From contig OZ249436.1 of NCBI GenBank assembly GCA_965235115.1, forward strand, positions 53,198,001 through 53,262,000: a stretch of 64,000 bases of DNA, read 5' to 3'. Source of the stretch: Laetmonice hystrix. Taxonomy: Eukaryota. Both the position numbers and the translations under genes were made by a program. Below the pieces are notes generated by a model. The model saw only the letters and a list, made by a program, of their open reading frames with translations. It was not told the origin of the DNA and made no database searches. This document shows positions 14,501 to 28,851 of this stretch, in pieces (the stretch's first letter is position 1; each line of letters begins with the position of its first letter).

Positions 14501-17429
14501 GTCATTCGGAGCATGGTCCATGCTTTAAGGAACGTTTGTAACTGCATTCCACATAGGGCCTACGGTTATAGGAATATGAAACAGGACACCATAGCATGTC
14601 AGAAGTTATCGGCATAAGAAAAGGAGGAGAATTGGCACGTAGACTACCCGGTAGTATATTGTGAAGTTGACGGACAGGACATGGTATGTAAGTGCCTAGA
14701 CGTGTAACGTCAAACCTATCCCAGGACTTGCCTGGCCACAGTTCGCGACAGTGCTTGCAGTCACATCAGCCACGAAATGCCTCCAACTATGATCGAGTAC
14801 CACATATGCATGGAATTAGGTTGGAGAACGTCTGGTCCGAATGATAGTGTACGGGGATGTTTGTTGAATTTCTAAAACGTTTCTAACGATAAATAATTGG
14901 TTGCTGTGCTCAAGGTGGTTTTACTGTTTACTGGTTCAGGTATAAATAATGCGAGCAAGACTATTAAAACATAACATGGCGAGATGGTACTAACACTAAA
15001 GAATACAACAATACAGATTAAAGTTAAACGAAGAAAGCTGACTGTTATAACAAGTACAGATGGAAGCAGAAGGCGTTCACACCCTAACATGGTGGCAGCT
15101 TGACCAGACGTGGCGCTTAGCGGCTTTATCGTAAACATTAATCCGTCCATAGGGACTCAACAAACAAAGGGAAGATGAAGGAGCATACTGTAAGAAAACA
15201 CATCACTTATCAGAGACAAGAATATATACATCCTGTAAATATGGAATACAAAGATATGAGGATCTATCCGTAACAATAGCATCATTGCTGGCAAGACCGG
15301 ACACCTTAGGGTATATTGGAGTCGCTGGGGGCATTATTCGTGTCAGCTCGGCATTGTTGAGCAAATCTAAAGTGATCATGTGTAGAGTTGTCAAAGTTAG
15401 TATGAGGAAGGATTCTGTATCGGAAAGGGAAGCGAGCTCATAGTTTATACTGGGGGAGACTGTTTCATTGCATCTGTGCCACTAACAGGCACAATGGACG
15501 TTGGGTGTGGTGGTACATGTATTGGGAATGATGATTATAGATTTATGACTTTGGTTCGATTTTTCTTTCATAGCACGCGAGTACAAGGCATGTCGACATA
15601 CCTGTGCAGTACATAACCAAATAGGGTGTACACAGAAATTTATGAAGATAACAGCTGACTTGGACCTTCTCATCGCTAATAAAGTCTCCAATGTCAAATT
15701 ACAGAAAATTATAATTAGAAGCTTTCTTTGAGATATCTCCGCCAACGGAACTATATTCACACACCCATTAGTTTTTTTTGGTATACCGGTATAACTGTGT
15801 TAAAACACTCATAGTTCTTCATCTTCTCGAAACGCCTTTTCCTGCAATTTTCCAGTGTAATCAAAACTTTCCACTGAATGGCATAATATTGCTGACGTCC
15901 CAACATACAGTGCCATTTAAACGCAGCAGAAGGTCGGATCAAGTGGTTCAGGTGATGTTGCTGAGGACGCTAGCAGTGGAAAGCTATGTCGTGTTGCTGT
16001 ATAAAGTTAATTTGGGAGTTCAAAAAACTCGTCAACAAGTGGCAAAGGAAAGATATGATATATTGCTGCTTTGCTCAGGCTGAACGATGTAATTTAAACA
16101 AGTTTTTTTTTCAAAAGCAAAACAAACCAACGCTTTTTGGGGTGTGCTGTATAAAGCCTGTAAAAAAGTGTTTGTTGTCTTCTTTTTACTAATATTGTTT
16201 TTTTAAATATCATGAACATGATTATGGCGTTTTGTACCTTTTTTTCTTTTCGTGGTTGTTTTTGTTTTGTGTGTTGGTTTAATTTATTTGATTTTATTTA
16301 TTTAGTCATTTATTTATTTATTTTGTGGGGAGGGGACAATTACACATGTCCTGGACAGCTCATTACGTCATTGCTGTATTATTTAGTAATCTTTTCCCAA
16401 AAACTAATATCGTAGGATAATTACCAGTTTGGCGAACACCGTTCTCAGATACATTTTTAGATAAGAATTAAAAACCGACTGAATGGTGTGAGGGCGCGGG
16501 GGGGGGGGGAGATTGAACCTTCGGTAGTCTGAGGCTGTGTGAGATTTGAAACGCATTCTTGCACAGTAACTGTACAAATGACGGACAGTGACATACCAAC
16601 ATGCTAAACCCACTCAAAATGTAGCTTGAATATCACCTTGTCTACTTTCAGCTTTTCCCTGTGGCTCCACCAACCTTGAAGGTATGAACCGTTTCCTCAT
16701 GTCAGTATCATAACAAAAGTGCACTCACAGTCTTACACTCATAATATTACTACCGGTAGATGCGCAAAAAGCTATTGGCTTTTTCCAAATCCGTGTCAAG
16801 AAAAGAGTTGAGCAACAGGTGTTTATTAAGTCGCGCCATCCACTAAAGCGCTATGTTGAAAAGGCACGAAGTCCCGATTACTTTATTCCAGAAGCGCAAC
16901 CCAGAAATTGTCACCATAGAGTATTTCTACACGTTAGGCAATGTTATGGTGGTATAGACCTGGGAACCAATTTATGACAGGTAAAGGCGTCATTTTATGA
17001 TGGCCCTCTGCCATCAAATGGCAGGTCATGAAAGGTGCCCCGTATTTTGCTAATTTGAAAGGCCGAATTTGGGTCATGCATATTTTAATGGCCTTTAACT
17101 CAGGAAACGACTTATTAACGTACTGCTTGAAAGACCTGCCTTGTTTACAGTATCGCATATCACCTAGAGAAAGGTTCTAAGTGAGTGAAGGGGCCGACGT
17201 ATGTAAAGGTGGCAACAAGAGATGAGATTGCTGTCAACAGGACCATTTCTTCTGCACCCACGTGTCACCCAGCCGTTTTAAAGCTGGGCGATGATGTTAG
17301 CATATTTCCTTAATGTGGATCATACCTTAATTTGAGCACTAACCTTTGTCTGAAGGTTGGCACTATAGGCTCATATACTAATGCATGTAAAGGGTTACGT
17401 GTATAGTGTTGTATGTGTACAGTTGTTGG

Positions 17430-17680
17430 AGCGCGCATGCACATAGTGCGCACACACAAATGGCCGTAACCATCACCCTGCCGCTAACCTCTGACGTCAG
17501 TACGCCCCTGAGTGCCTCCCCAACGCTGTCCATGCACACAGGGCTATTTCGTTGTGGCAGATTCCGACTTTCCGACCGGTTAGGAGGGGGAGAACCTGGA
17601 TGGCTTGTTTTGACCAAGACGGATAGAATCCTTTCTCTCTCGCCACTGACAACAATTACTGTCCAATAGGGCGAATCTGT
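17430..17680. promoter_or_regulatory. CpG-rich promoter-like island
   Basis: YY1-like AAATGGCCG (~17458), palindromic CRE TGACGTCA (~17492), CCAAT (~17663). Confidence 0.35.
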
Positions 17681-19897
17681 CGGATTTCTTCCGTATTTTG
17701 AGAACGTAAAATCAAGTATTGGATCTCGGCCATGATAGTCATTCATCACATAAAGGAAAAAAAGAGTGCTCAGAGGTGTTTTTAGTCGACTCTCTCTGTG
17801 CTCCCGTAGTGCGGAACCCCATCGCCAGAGGGCTGATGCGGCTAGAGGAAAATAAGTCGGAAAATTGCATGGTTGGAATCTAACAATCGTCACAAAGCTT
17901 AGGCTAGTTGGACAGAACGTATTGCACCATTATCCCCCCCCCCCCCCACCCACCCACCTACCTAAAAAAAATTAAATAGATAAATAAACTAAAAAAAGAT
18001 TTTTTTTTAATTACACATTAACTAGAACAAACTCAATTTTTAATTAGGTTTTGTATAAATTGATATTATTAAATTTAATTAACCAGTAGGATTTTTTGTT
18101 TCGGCGAAAACCTGTTGCCAACTTAAAGTGCTTTGGACTCTTAAACAGTAGGCAATATGGATTTTCCGCCCAAGAGAAATCTAAGTAAAGAGAGGCGTGA
18201 TTTTGTCGCATTTATTCCATGTGACACGACACAGACCTTCTCTGCGGCATACCATCGCAGAATGGCTGCCCAAACACCTCCGATAGGTTGGCGCCTGTAC
18301 TCTTCCAAAGATATCACAGGTTCAGTACTATAGTAGTGATAATGATTGAAGACATCACAGCCGGATGATCATCTGGCGCTCAAAAAATATGGTAAGACTC
18401 TCGCTAGAAAATCTGTTTTCTCTTTGAGTCCGTTTTAACGGTAGTGTTCTTTTATTCATAGACCTAGACTGACCAGTTAGTCTGAAATGGCGGCGATTAG
18501 TAGGATATAGAAGTGTTAGCTTTTACCCTTGATTCTATTAGATATATTTGATCTTTGATTCATCACACTTGCAGGACATACACTGCACATTACATATGGC
18601 GTCCTGGTGAAGCTTCCAGCTAAGTAATAACCGCATCTTGGTATTACTGAATAATTGAGCATTCATAGTTTTATGTTAATCATTGTCTTGCATTTTCTCA
18701 GCTCTATAACTTTCATAACCTTTGCTGGCGTGTTGTGAACCTCGCTGGCTCTATTCGGTCGGGATCACATGATAAGACACAATTCGATGTGGTGTTCACG
18801 TTGCGACGGTACACTGGGTCATTGTGCTGGAGAGACAGGGCATTCCTTCTGTTCATTTCTCAACTTGTTTTACCTGACAGGTTATCGTGACCATAAAGAC
18901 AGTCCACCCACTGTGTGAAAACAGTACTGCTGTCATTTTACCCTGCTGTTTTTTCATCAGGAATAAATTGAATGCTGAGAGTAACCATGGTCCAACCAGA
19001 CAGTGCTGACCTGGCAGAAAGTTTCTAAGAAGGAGAGAGAGAAGAGATCTTGTCTTACCTAACATTTACATGTATGGATAGAAAGGTACATGTTGTCAGT
19101 AGTGACAGGTGTACACCAGCGAGGTCTGATAATAGGCGTGTGATGTCAGCAGGGTATGCCTGCCATACGACCGGTTCTCTGTGGACAACACCGGGCGGTA
19201 GACTTCCAGCCGGTTTCGTTCTGTCAGAATCCAGTAGCGATTGTCTTCTCATAGGGTGAAAAACCTGTTTATTCTATCTACAGGACACTGTTTCAGCTTC
19301 CATATTACATATAGTTTGATAAGCAATCAGATGCCTGCAGCCATACGAAGTCAGTTATCGACTTGCAGTTAATGAAAAATTCCCGGGTGATATTACAATG
19401 AAAGAAGATGAATCCCCTCCCCGCCGCGTACAACGTTGATCTATGCAGGCATACATGCAGAGTGTGAAAACCTATAAACGTGAATGGGAGGAACGGCCAT
19501 GTTAATTCTTTCTCAGAAGCATAGAAACCAAACTTTTTTCCTCTTCAGTAGTGATAATAAATGGGTGATAGGATACATTGCTAGGCGATCTCTAGCTCAG
19601 CAAGCATTCGATGACCGTTGATTGTCGTCAATTGAAGCGATACTAATGGTTTTCAGAGAATACCTCATTAACTTTAATGCTATAGAGTAACTCGTATTAA
19701 CTTTGTTTCAGGAATTTTATTAAGTAAGGTCGTTGTTCAGCAGCTAGGACGTGATCAGTAAATCTGATCACATCGTACGACCGAACAACTGGTTATAAAT
19801 ATTGACGAGTGTAAAGACGTTCCTAGACCATTATGTTGTGATGACATCTGACATCGTCGGACAGGTCAATGTAATAATGACATTATGAAACAAAGAG

Positions 19898-20251
19898 CAC
19901 TGGCGTAGGAACCGGGGAGGGGCATGCGCCCCCCCCCCCCACTTCTCATGGTGGGGGGCAAAGATATGTTTGTGCCCCCCCCCCCCCACTTTCAGACCCA
20001 GAATTTTTAATATCCGCTTAAATTCTGCTACAGACCTTAACTTCACCTAAATGCTTTGAGAAACTCGACAATTTCTATCTCCAGATGCCAGGAAATAGCC
20101 TTTTGGGGCCTTCTAAATTCAAAGATTTTCGGGGGAGGGCCCCCCACGTTGTCACAATGCGCCTTTGGCGCTCGAGGGCACCCCCTTTCGTGCAGTGCTG
20201 ATTTCGCGCCTGAGATGTGCCCCCACCTTTTGTCACGTTCCTACGCCGTTG
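19898..20251. mobile_element. MITE-like element with G/C tracts
   Basis: Ends CACTGGCGTAGGAAC...GTTCCTACGCCGTTG; internal ccagatgccaggaaa...ggggagggccc also at ~61690-61770. Confidence 0.65.
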
Positions 20252-21076
20252 AAGAGAGGAAGCCGTGTGGAACGGTTCTGGAACAGTAGAAATATAACTT
20301 GAAAACATGTACTGTCACTATGGCCTTGAAGTTGAAAGGGGAGGTGGATAAGTTATAAGGACTTGTTGCTCTTAAAGTTTGGCACATCTTGCTGTATTGT
20401 TTTTATTTTCTTGAGATTCCTATGTTGTGTTCAGTGGACAAGAAAAGATTTCTTTATACTGATGCAGTGACATAAAACATTTTGACAGGGAAGTTGCAAT
20501 AAGTGAGACAAACGTTCAATATTTTAGATGGATGTTTATTCCAATCTGTGTAACAGACGATTTTTTCATAGTGTACATGTTGTTGGTGTCTACTTTCGAG
20601 GAAGAAAATGAAAAATGCGTTACACGTTCAAAGTGAATCAATCGACCATAAAGGAAAATCGGTTTGATGATTCTTCTTAGATGGCCTTGCGTCCCGCTGA
20701 GGTGGAAGGTTTCAGTGGTCCACAGGTGATAAATTCAGACAGAGCCTCAACGTGTGCTACAGCTGGCATCTCCGGGAACACCTCCATCTGTCATAACGGC
20801 CAATATCTACACACCAATGTATTGCACTGTCCATGCACAAAGGCCCTTCAGGATTAGAGACTGATTAGTTTAATATTACCTCGGGGAGCTTGGACCGTCG
20901 AGGAGATGGGCTATTCAGAACAAACTACTCTATGTTAAAGAGAACAAAAATGTTTCGAATCGGCTGCGAAGACGACGCTGGCGTCTGGGAAATTTGGCGA
21001 CCGTTTCAGCACGACACAACTCTTCTGTTCGATGTCCTTCATCATATCCAGATGCAATGCCAAGGAAACAAACTGC

Positions 21077-21174
21077 ATGCTGCTGCTTCTACTGCTGCTG
21101 CTTCTTCTTCTTCTTCTTCTTCTTCTTCTTCTTCTTCTTCTTCTTCTTCTTCTTCTTCTTCGCTACTGCTGCTG

Positions 21175-21205
<31 letters not shown>

Positions 21206-21207
21206 AG
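21077..21207. repeat. Compound microsatellite (CTG)/(CTT)n/(CTG)n
   Basis: About 20 CTT units flanked by CTG/CTA runs; a further (CAG)n run lies at ~21530-21556. Confidence 0.95.
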
Positions 21208-22036
21208 CCAAATCATGTATGCCAAGAAATTGTAACAGTTCTATTTTTGGTGCAGCAGGAAGCTGCTTTGTGGGGCAGCCTATGCAGCCATCTTGGATGA
21301 AGCTGGGTTAGCCGAGCCGAGGATAGAGATGGGTCTGTGGCAATGAACGTTGCTGACAGGCACTGTCAGTGTGAAAGGCTTTAAGGAGAAGAGCAGTGGA
21401 CAAGAGGCGGGTACTGGGCGGGTGATACGGAGGGGCCTCCGTTGACCAAGGAGTCATACCGAATTGCTACGGCTTGATCTAGCAGGAGAACCCCGGGTGG
21501 GAGGCCCCGTGTTTCCAACGGCAACGGAGGCAGCAGCAGCAGCAGCAGCAGCAGCAGGGGATGGGCAGCATGTTGTGATGCGAGCAGGTAGGCACCAAGG
21601 TCTACGAAACCCGGAATCACACAGCGATCTGCCCAAGTTTATTTATGCGCCCGGTATGATGGTACTAATGCCATGAGGAAGTAGACAGGAGGTGAAGGCG
21701 AAATGGCAACCGCAGAGGGGGAAACCAGTTAAAGAAGTGGAGGCCATGAGACGATGGTTGGTTTCACAGGAGATGTCACCAGCATGTCAACACAGAGACT
21801 AGTCCCGCGTATATGACATGGCGACGAGTTGTGCATGTGCTTAGCGCACACACGTAGAATCATCCAGTAGGAGCGCGCGCAGGTGACGTCATTCTCGGCA
21901 ATAAACTGGGTCTGTGGTAGTCGGTGGCGCCCCCTCCCTCCCCATAGCAAGCCTCAGCCTTCAGCCTTTACAGCCTTCAGCGCGAGTGCCTGATTGGTTG
22001 GCTTGGTTTTCTGTTCACCTACTACATGGAATCGAC

Positions 22037-22061
22037 ATGGTAGTACTAAAAAATATTCTAG
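22037..22061 (+). CDS. CNOT6: Candidate alternative micro first coding exon of CNOT6 (MVVLKNIL)
   Basis: ATG..CTA G|GTTGGC phase-1 donor compatible with exon 37993; upstream TGACGTCA (21884) and ATTGG (~21994); donor is weak. Confidence 0.25.
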
Positions 22062-24487
22062 GTTGGCGCCTTATAACAGGACAAGGCTCGCAACGGGGAG
22101 CGGGGAGGATAGTCGCCGATGGCGTCTGTAGCAAAGCTCGGCCCAGCTCCATATTGACGTGCACACACACGACACACACACGGCAGGCACCACCCTCTGC
22201 TGGCCTGAGACATCCTGGTTTGGCCTGAGCTATGCCGTCTAGATTTGGATTGAAGGCCATGTTGGAGACTTATTTATACCTGCAAATGCTGCTGCTGATG
22301 GTGCTGCTGATGGTGCTGCCGCTGCCATTGCTGATGTCATGATTTCTAGGCACCCAGGCCTCGGTTCACGGTGAAGATTAGACTATCTTGGGAGGAGGCC
22401 ACACTATTCATCACCAATGATTTTTAGAAGTGGTCACGCCCATCCTGGCTGACTGCGTGGTTTGCATGAGGATGCAGCAGTCGAGCAAACTCTACAGAAT
22501 TCTGGCCGCAGGCAGCAAGCAATATTGAGGGCAACGCAGCCACAGAATGGATGGCCTCCTGCACTAGGCCTGCTCGGGTACAAGGGAATGCAGGTCCTAG
22601 CTTTGTTTACCTTACACGGTGAAACCGTTTGTAGACATTAGAGAGGATCAGTATTTGTTCACATATTGTAACGGCGAACAGTATTGTGTGCCATGGGAGT
22701 GATACTGTTTAACGAACTGAAACAGCACCTGATGTGGAACTGCATCAGTATTCGTCTTCACTATTGTACAAATCAGGGAACCATTGGTGTCGTCACGATT
22801 AGGACTTAACATCGCCGTTTCTTACATTTAATGCATTGGATGTGTCGTATTTAAAAGGCGCGATGAACATTATTTGAACATTTTTCAGCTTGGGTCCGGA
22901 ATGATAAAAAGGGCTGCAACAGGTTCAACCAGCGGATCTATGATTGTGTGCAGCGAGCACTGTGGGTCAGTCGACCTGGCGTACACTGAGACAATATCCG
23001 TCCACTGTATTCACCAATCACACTCGCCGTCTTTATTGACCGCCTCCCCACATGGGTCTCCATTAGAAACGAGGCGGCTGACAACACACAACCAGCCACG
23101 TGCGTGGCTCGGATGAGGGGTCAGGCAGCGGGGGTTTAATATAACCATAATTAGAGCCCTGGTGTCGTCTTCCTCTGCTGCTGCTACTGTTGCTACTGCT
23201 GCTGGCTAGAGGCCAATCTGAACCGCGCCAGGCTGTTAGCATGAACGGGGAGTTAGGTTACAGTATCACCCACCCCGATGGTGACGACGATGATGATGAC
23301 GACGACAACAACGACCATTAGGCTAATTAGGAAAGCTTGTAGGTCGTCGGTCCGTCAGCGGACTGCTTGCCCCGTCCGACCGCTATGGGCCTGAGGACAG
23401 GACCGGCTTGCCGTGCAATCCTGTTGTTTTCCAATGTCCGGGCACGGCAAAATCTAACCGTACAGGTCCATCCAAAAAAAGAGGGGCAATAACATTAAAA
23501 ATAACAGGTCCTGCACCGAGTCCATTGTCAACAAACAATACAGGTGTGTCATCGAAATACTGGCACTGTCCAGTATTCAGTCGACACTGAAGCCTCGCAA
23601 GTGAATGCTTTCAACATGAAAGTATATCTTCATGAACAGAGTAGGAATAAGAGTCATTCTCCCTCGCCACCGAGCTAAGATGTGTCCCACTAAAACAAAT
23701 TATTAAGTATATCATTCACCCCTGCTGAGGTTTATCTTGGGCAGAAAGAACAAGACCATATATCTATTTGCTAATGCAGCGTTTCTAAGCAAGTGGCGCG
23801 CGAAAAGCAAAGTGTTTGCTTGGCGTGCCAGTCGACAATTGACACAGAATCGCTAAGTAAGAGATATCGGATAGCGCAGACGGCTGGGTGCTGGATTCTT
23901 CCAACCCTCACCCCAACAAGAGCTTTTGTTGATTGACACGATACTGTAGTGAACTCCAGTTGAACTGACCGAGTCCTCGGCTTCCACTGCCTTGACCTGA
24001 CTAGTCACACAAAGACTGTGTGGTCAGTGAGTTAGGATGAGACAGGCGTCGCTCACGTGGACAGGTATACTAGTAGTAAACCGTCAACCACCGTTGTCAT
24101 GTAGATGGGCTGCCTCCAGGGATCCTGAGGACCAATCAGCTGGTTCCTTACATTGGTTTTCCTCGTGCTAAAAAGCCATGGAGGATGTGTCTGGAATACA
24201 GAGGACGGTTTGCGAGTACAGGTAGCATGTGACGTTGCGAGTCGGCGAGCATGCTCCGAGGTGTCACAGTTCCCCGCTCGCCTGCCTGCCTACACGGAGC
24301 TGTCAACCTTAATTAACCGAGTACTACAAGTAGCACCGGCCGATCAGCTGATGCTACCAGAGATCTCCAACACCCAACCGGCCTGCTGCGTCCATCGTCA
24401 TCACTCCACTTCTCCACAGACCAATGGCAACTCATTAAAAAGCAATCGCCGCTGAACTTCAGTCAACGACATGTCATTCCTGTCTGG

Positions 24488-24512
24488 ATGACTTTTTCCT
24501 CTTTTTCATACT
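24488..24512 (+). CDS. CNOT6: Candidate alternative micro first coding exon of CNOT6 (MTFSSFSY)
   Basis: ATG ACT TTT TCC TCT TTT TCA TAC T|GTAAGT, consensus phase-1 donor; upstream CACGTG (~24054), CCAATC (~24132) and a CpG-rich leader. Confidence 0.45.
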
Positions 24513-26979
24513 GTAAGTCGACATTTGGAGATGCTTGGTTGAGGGTGCTCGAGTGATCTGTCACTCAACCCCACGATATCCGGCCACACCGTTGAGGAGT
24601 TGTGTTTTTTCTCCTCGTCATTGTCCTCGACCGAGTCATAATCCTGTCACCTTGTGACGTTCAGTTTCTTGGCATCCCACCTCCTCACATCCTGTTCACC
24701 GCTGAGACAGAATCCTGGGCGGAAGACGACGAGGTTCATTCAACAAGAGACGAGCAACTCTATACGACGAAGGCACTGGAGCCCAGTCAAGGTAAATATT
24801 GACTTTCATATTATTCTGTATTTGCATGCATAATGTCTCTACACAGATAGCACGAAAAGTTACGAGAAAGTGAAAGTGTGGTTTAATGAACATCCTTTTA
24901 TGGAGTTATCAGAAGAGGGGTGAGAAGCGTGGTGGTTTATGGGAGGGTTTGTGCGAGCTTGGGGTCTGTAAGGATTTGGCGGGCACTGGTGCAAGCAGTG
25001 AAGCGGATCTAGTCTGCCCGTAGGAAGCACTGCACAGTTAGTTGCTATGCCAGTGGCGCTGGCAGGCTCTGAGTCACTAAGGTCTTTGTTTGGGTCCACG
25101 TGTTCGCCGTACGTTGGTATATAAGTCAGTGGCTATGCTGACGGAGCACTGGCATTAACCGAGCCATAGAGCTCGAATGTGCTGCAGGGAACCTCGGACC
25201 ATTAAGCCGCCGTACGTGGTCGGATTGCAGTAAATAGGTTCCTACTTCACTCGCTCCCGGGGACAGCCTGATACGCACAAAGGTCACCTAGATACTGTTT
25301 CCAATGCAGGTAAAGTGCTTTAATGTTTGGGTGGTTGTATACATCAGTACAACTGGGGCCGACAAAGGTCTTGGAGGCGAGCTTGTCTGTCGGTGGTCCT
25401 CCACGTGGTCAGGGCGCATATATTGGCCTTCGTTTGTCGTCTTTTGTACCTGTCTCGTTTCGGAAATATTAGGTAAAGAGTACTAGTGTCTGGTTTTGTA
25501 CATTTTGCTCAAAATCGTGATTTTGTACATTAGTGACGATTAATGGCCTTTCCAGTTTATTGATGGTAGTAAGTGGGCATACAACCTTACCTGTCATTGC
25601 GTGAGTAACTGAGTGAGTGATACGGTTAGGAGTGATGGTGTCACACCATCATTTCGGCAAAACTAACTTCATAGAACATCCCCCCTGAAAGAACGTTACT
25701 GCAGAAGTGGGTCAGGGTGTTGTTGATTTATTCTCCCACGGTGCCTGCAGGGTATCGCTACCTGCGTCCCTCAATGTCTGTAGTGTATGTGGAGGGGCAG
25801 AATCTTGACTTTCAATGTTGGACAAAGTGGAGCAGGTGTGAAACCTAGAACCAGTTTCAAGAACTATTTAAAAAAAATTGTTTTGAGAACTATTTTTTTA
25901 AAATCCTTTAATTGTCAAATGATTGCAGCTGAAGCGTGTACGTGGGTGCAAACAAAGTTACTTTAGAAATGCTATGTTGACCGGATTGGTGCAAGAATTC
26001 GGTGCAAAAACGCTTTTTATGTTATTTCTGCAGCGTGCAGGGAGAAAGTGCGAAGCGGGAAGTTTTTAAAGGTATTGAGGTCCAGAGACGTATCTTTGAC
26101 ATGGCTTGATTAAGACAGTGAATGGTTTCGACTTGAGAAGTCCCGCGCCAGTCACGTCTCGCCGAACTCCTTAATGAAGCGTTAGGAGAGAGGGGAGGGG
26201 GGAGGAGGGTTGGCCGGTACGATGGAGCCTGCGTCACGGTTGCTGACGGCATTGTGATAGCGGGAACCCGGTGACATCATCCCCTAGCCAGGTGGAGGGT
26301 GAAGGGCCACCAGTTGCGTGCAGCCTGCATGCATGCCCCTGCTCTGTCCCCACTCTGTCCTGCCTGCGAGACGGGCACACTGTACTCAAAACTTGCAGCG
26401 ACGTAACACTCTATCTGCCCTCATGTCGGTGTCATGGCATGGTGTCGACAGGCACCCGGATCCAAGGTGATACGTAATAGCAGTGATACTGCTATTACTA
26501 TATGATATACTGATCCGCTGACATGGACAGAACACCCGGGCATGGCTAAGGTGCGGTATCGTAGAATATAAAGAATTCACAGACTGTTTGTAAACATGCC
26601 CCCATATCGGCCTAAAGTTGAGGGAGCATGTTTCTCAAATTTGGGGCTACAATCAGAAAATTAATTGTGCCAACTTATGCATTAGGGATTTATCTACACA
26701 TTAGCTATGATTGGAATGTATGGGGTTGGCTAATTGATGTACTTAATGTGTCTCTTTAAACAGAAATATGCCCATTGATATATTTGGTTTCATCATTATT
26801 CAAAAGCTCAATTGGAGGGTGAAAACGTGCTGGCAATTCTTCAACATTTTAGATACCGTCATACGGCCCAAGTTTTGAACCTGGCCAGGGGAGTATATCC
26901 ATGATGAATATCATGTGGCGCGGCAGGTAGGGGGAACCTGATTGTATAAGTTTAGGTATCTGCCTCCATGGCGGGCCAG

Positions 26980-27873
26980 TCCGACATGCCAATGATGAGG
27001 CATCATAAACGGATGTTGTTCTATATTAAGATTCTGGGCTGTGCCGATCCCAGTCCGTGGAGGGGGGAGGGGGGAGGGAGACACGTCAGCGTTGTTTGAT
27101 TGGTCACGGACGCCGACCGTGACGACCCGGGAGAGGTCGCTGCCAGCTGGCGACCGACAATCCGAGGCGGCGTCCTTCATCCAGTTAAACGATCTGTTTA
27201 ATTTTACCATATCTTGTCTGGCAGTAGAGCCTTGACTGAAGTGTTGCTGAATGGCCAGAGTGAGGAGTTGGTGGTGTTGGGGAGTAGATTTATTGGTGTG
27301 TAGAGAGTGAGACCTGCTGATTGTAAGACGTTGGTTAGTTGGTTGGTCGGTGGTTGAGTATTGTACTGGAGTAGTTGGCTGACAGTCAGCGGCCGGCCGG
27401 GGAGACGTAGGCAGACAGCTGTGCCACACACAGGCTCCGAGCTCTGGCTTTCGTCGTGTTTTAACTTGTTTCCATGTTTGCCGACTGGAGCCGAGCCCGG
27501 CCGGAGAGAGAGAGCCCTCCCTATGTACGCGTGTCTTAGTGTATTGTGTGTATGTCAGTCGCCAGGCGCTGCTGTACTGACGCAGTTTTTGGGCCCTTTA
27601 GCTGGGCCATCGGGAACCAAATGCAGATCTCGCTGGGCCGGCCCACGTTGAGGGCGAAGCACCAAGTCAGCAACGCGCGGTTTGCTACCACCTGAGGTGA
27701 CATCCTGTGCTGTGGCTGTGAGAGCGAGGCGAAGAGATTATTGAGATAATCCGCTCAGTTAGGGGTTAATGGATTCAGGCGAGTGCCACCGCCAAGTGGC
27801 CTCATTCCAGTGACTTGGACATTATAGGAACTCGACTGTCTGCTGGCCCGACTTCACATCGGTCACGGTACAG
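26980..27873 (+). promoter_or_regulatory. CNOT6: Internal promoter plus probable non-coding 5' exon for the long CNOT6 isoform
   Basis: CpG-rich, CCAAT/ATTGG boxes, GGGGAGGGG boxes; donor CAG|GTAGAG at 27873/27874; acceptor tgctgtttcag| at 28595. Confidence 0.4.
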
Positions 27874-28851
27874 GTAGAGCCTAACGGGTGATCAATGATT
27901 GTATGATCCACCCTGATCACTCCCCTCCCTCCACCCGACCCCCGCCGCTCTCCACTACCCAGTCCGGGCCTGTAGGACCCTGGGACGGCGAATTGATCGT
28001 TAGTGTCGGGAACATATCATGTTGGCATCAAGTTACACCGATAGACCTTAAATGTTCGGTGTCGTCGGCAATGTTAGTTTAGGTTGTGTCGTGCACTTAA
28101 GAGTACTGCGATCAATGTAGGTTGTATGAACATGTCAGTTGTAAAAAATAATAATGATATATTACACAACATTCACAACAAGGTTTTTATTCAGTGTTTT
28201 GGTATATAAATGTAGAACGCTTTGTGCGAAATAGCACGAAACAGATTATATGCAGCCATAAAGTCAGGAAGTGTCAAATATCATTTTTGTAAAATGTCGT
28301 CAGCCCTAAGTAAAAATAACCTTACTCATTACCAGAAAGGTTAAGACTTTTTTGCGTTATTCTAAATGTGTTTTCAGTGATAACTTCGGCATAGTTTCTT
28401 TTTTTGTTCAGTTCAAATTAAAAGTATGCCAGATTTCTAAATTAAATTAGGTCCATTTCGAATTCTAGAAGAGGTCATAACGTCACTTTCTTTAAAAAAT
28501 GTTAGGCCATTTTTGTTTTAGGCTGACAAGGGATAGAATTAGTGAGTCGTATAAATCCACAAATAATGCAATGTGATCTCACTGTGCTGTTTCAGGTGCC
28601 TCCTGGAGAGACAATCGACGTTTGTGGTTGGCAGGCGGATGAAAGAGGACAGACCCTCATTTTCGGGTCCCCAATCATTGCTCTCTGTCAGAGTGGCTCC
28701 GCTCCAGGTGAACGAAACGTTCTCTGAAGTCTTCAAGTGGAGCAGGATTTGCTCCAGCGACCAGCAGCGGTTCTCAGTTCTGTTAACAGACATAAGACAG
28801 ACAGCCACCAAGCCGTCCATGGAGTAGCTGTACAAGTCGGGTTGGACCGAT

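Noticed and set aside
20890..21676. Poly-Ser/Leu/Phe/Ala ORFs
   Set aside because: Produced by CTT/CTG/CAG microsatellites, open in several frames, no coherent gene; an ATG CGA GCA G|GTAGGC donor near 21587 is too short to assess.
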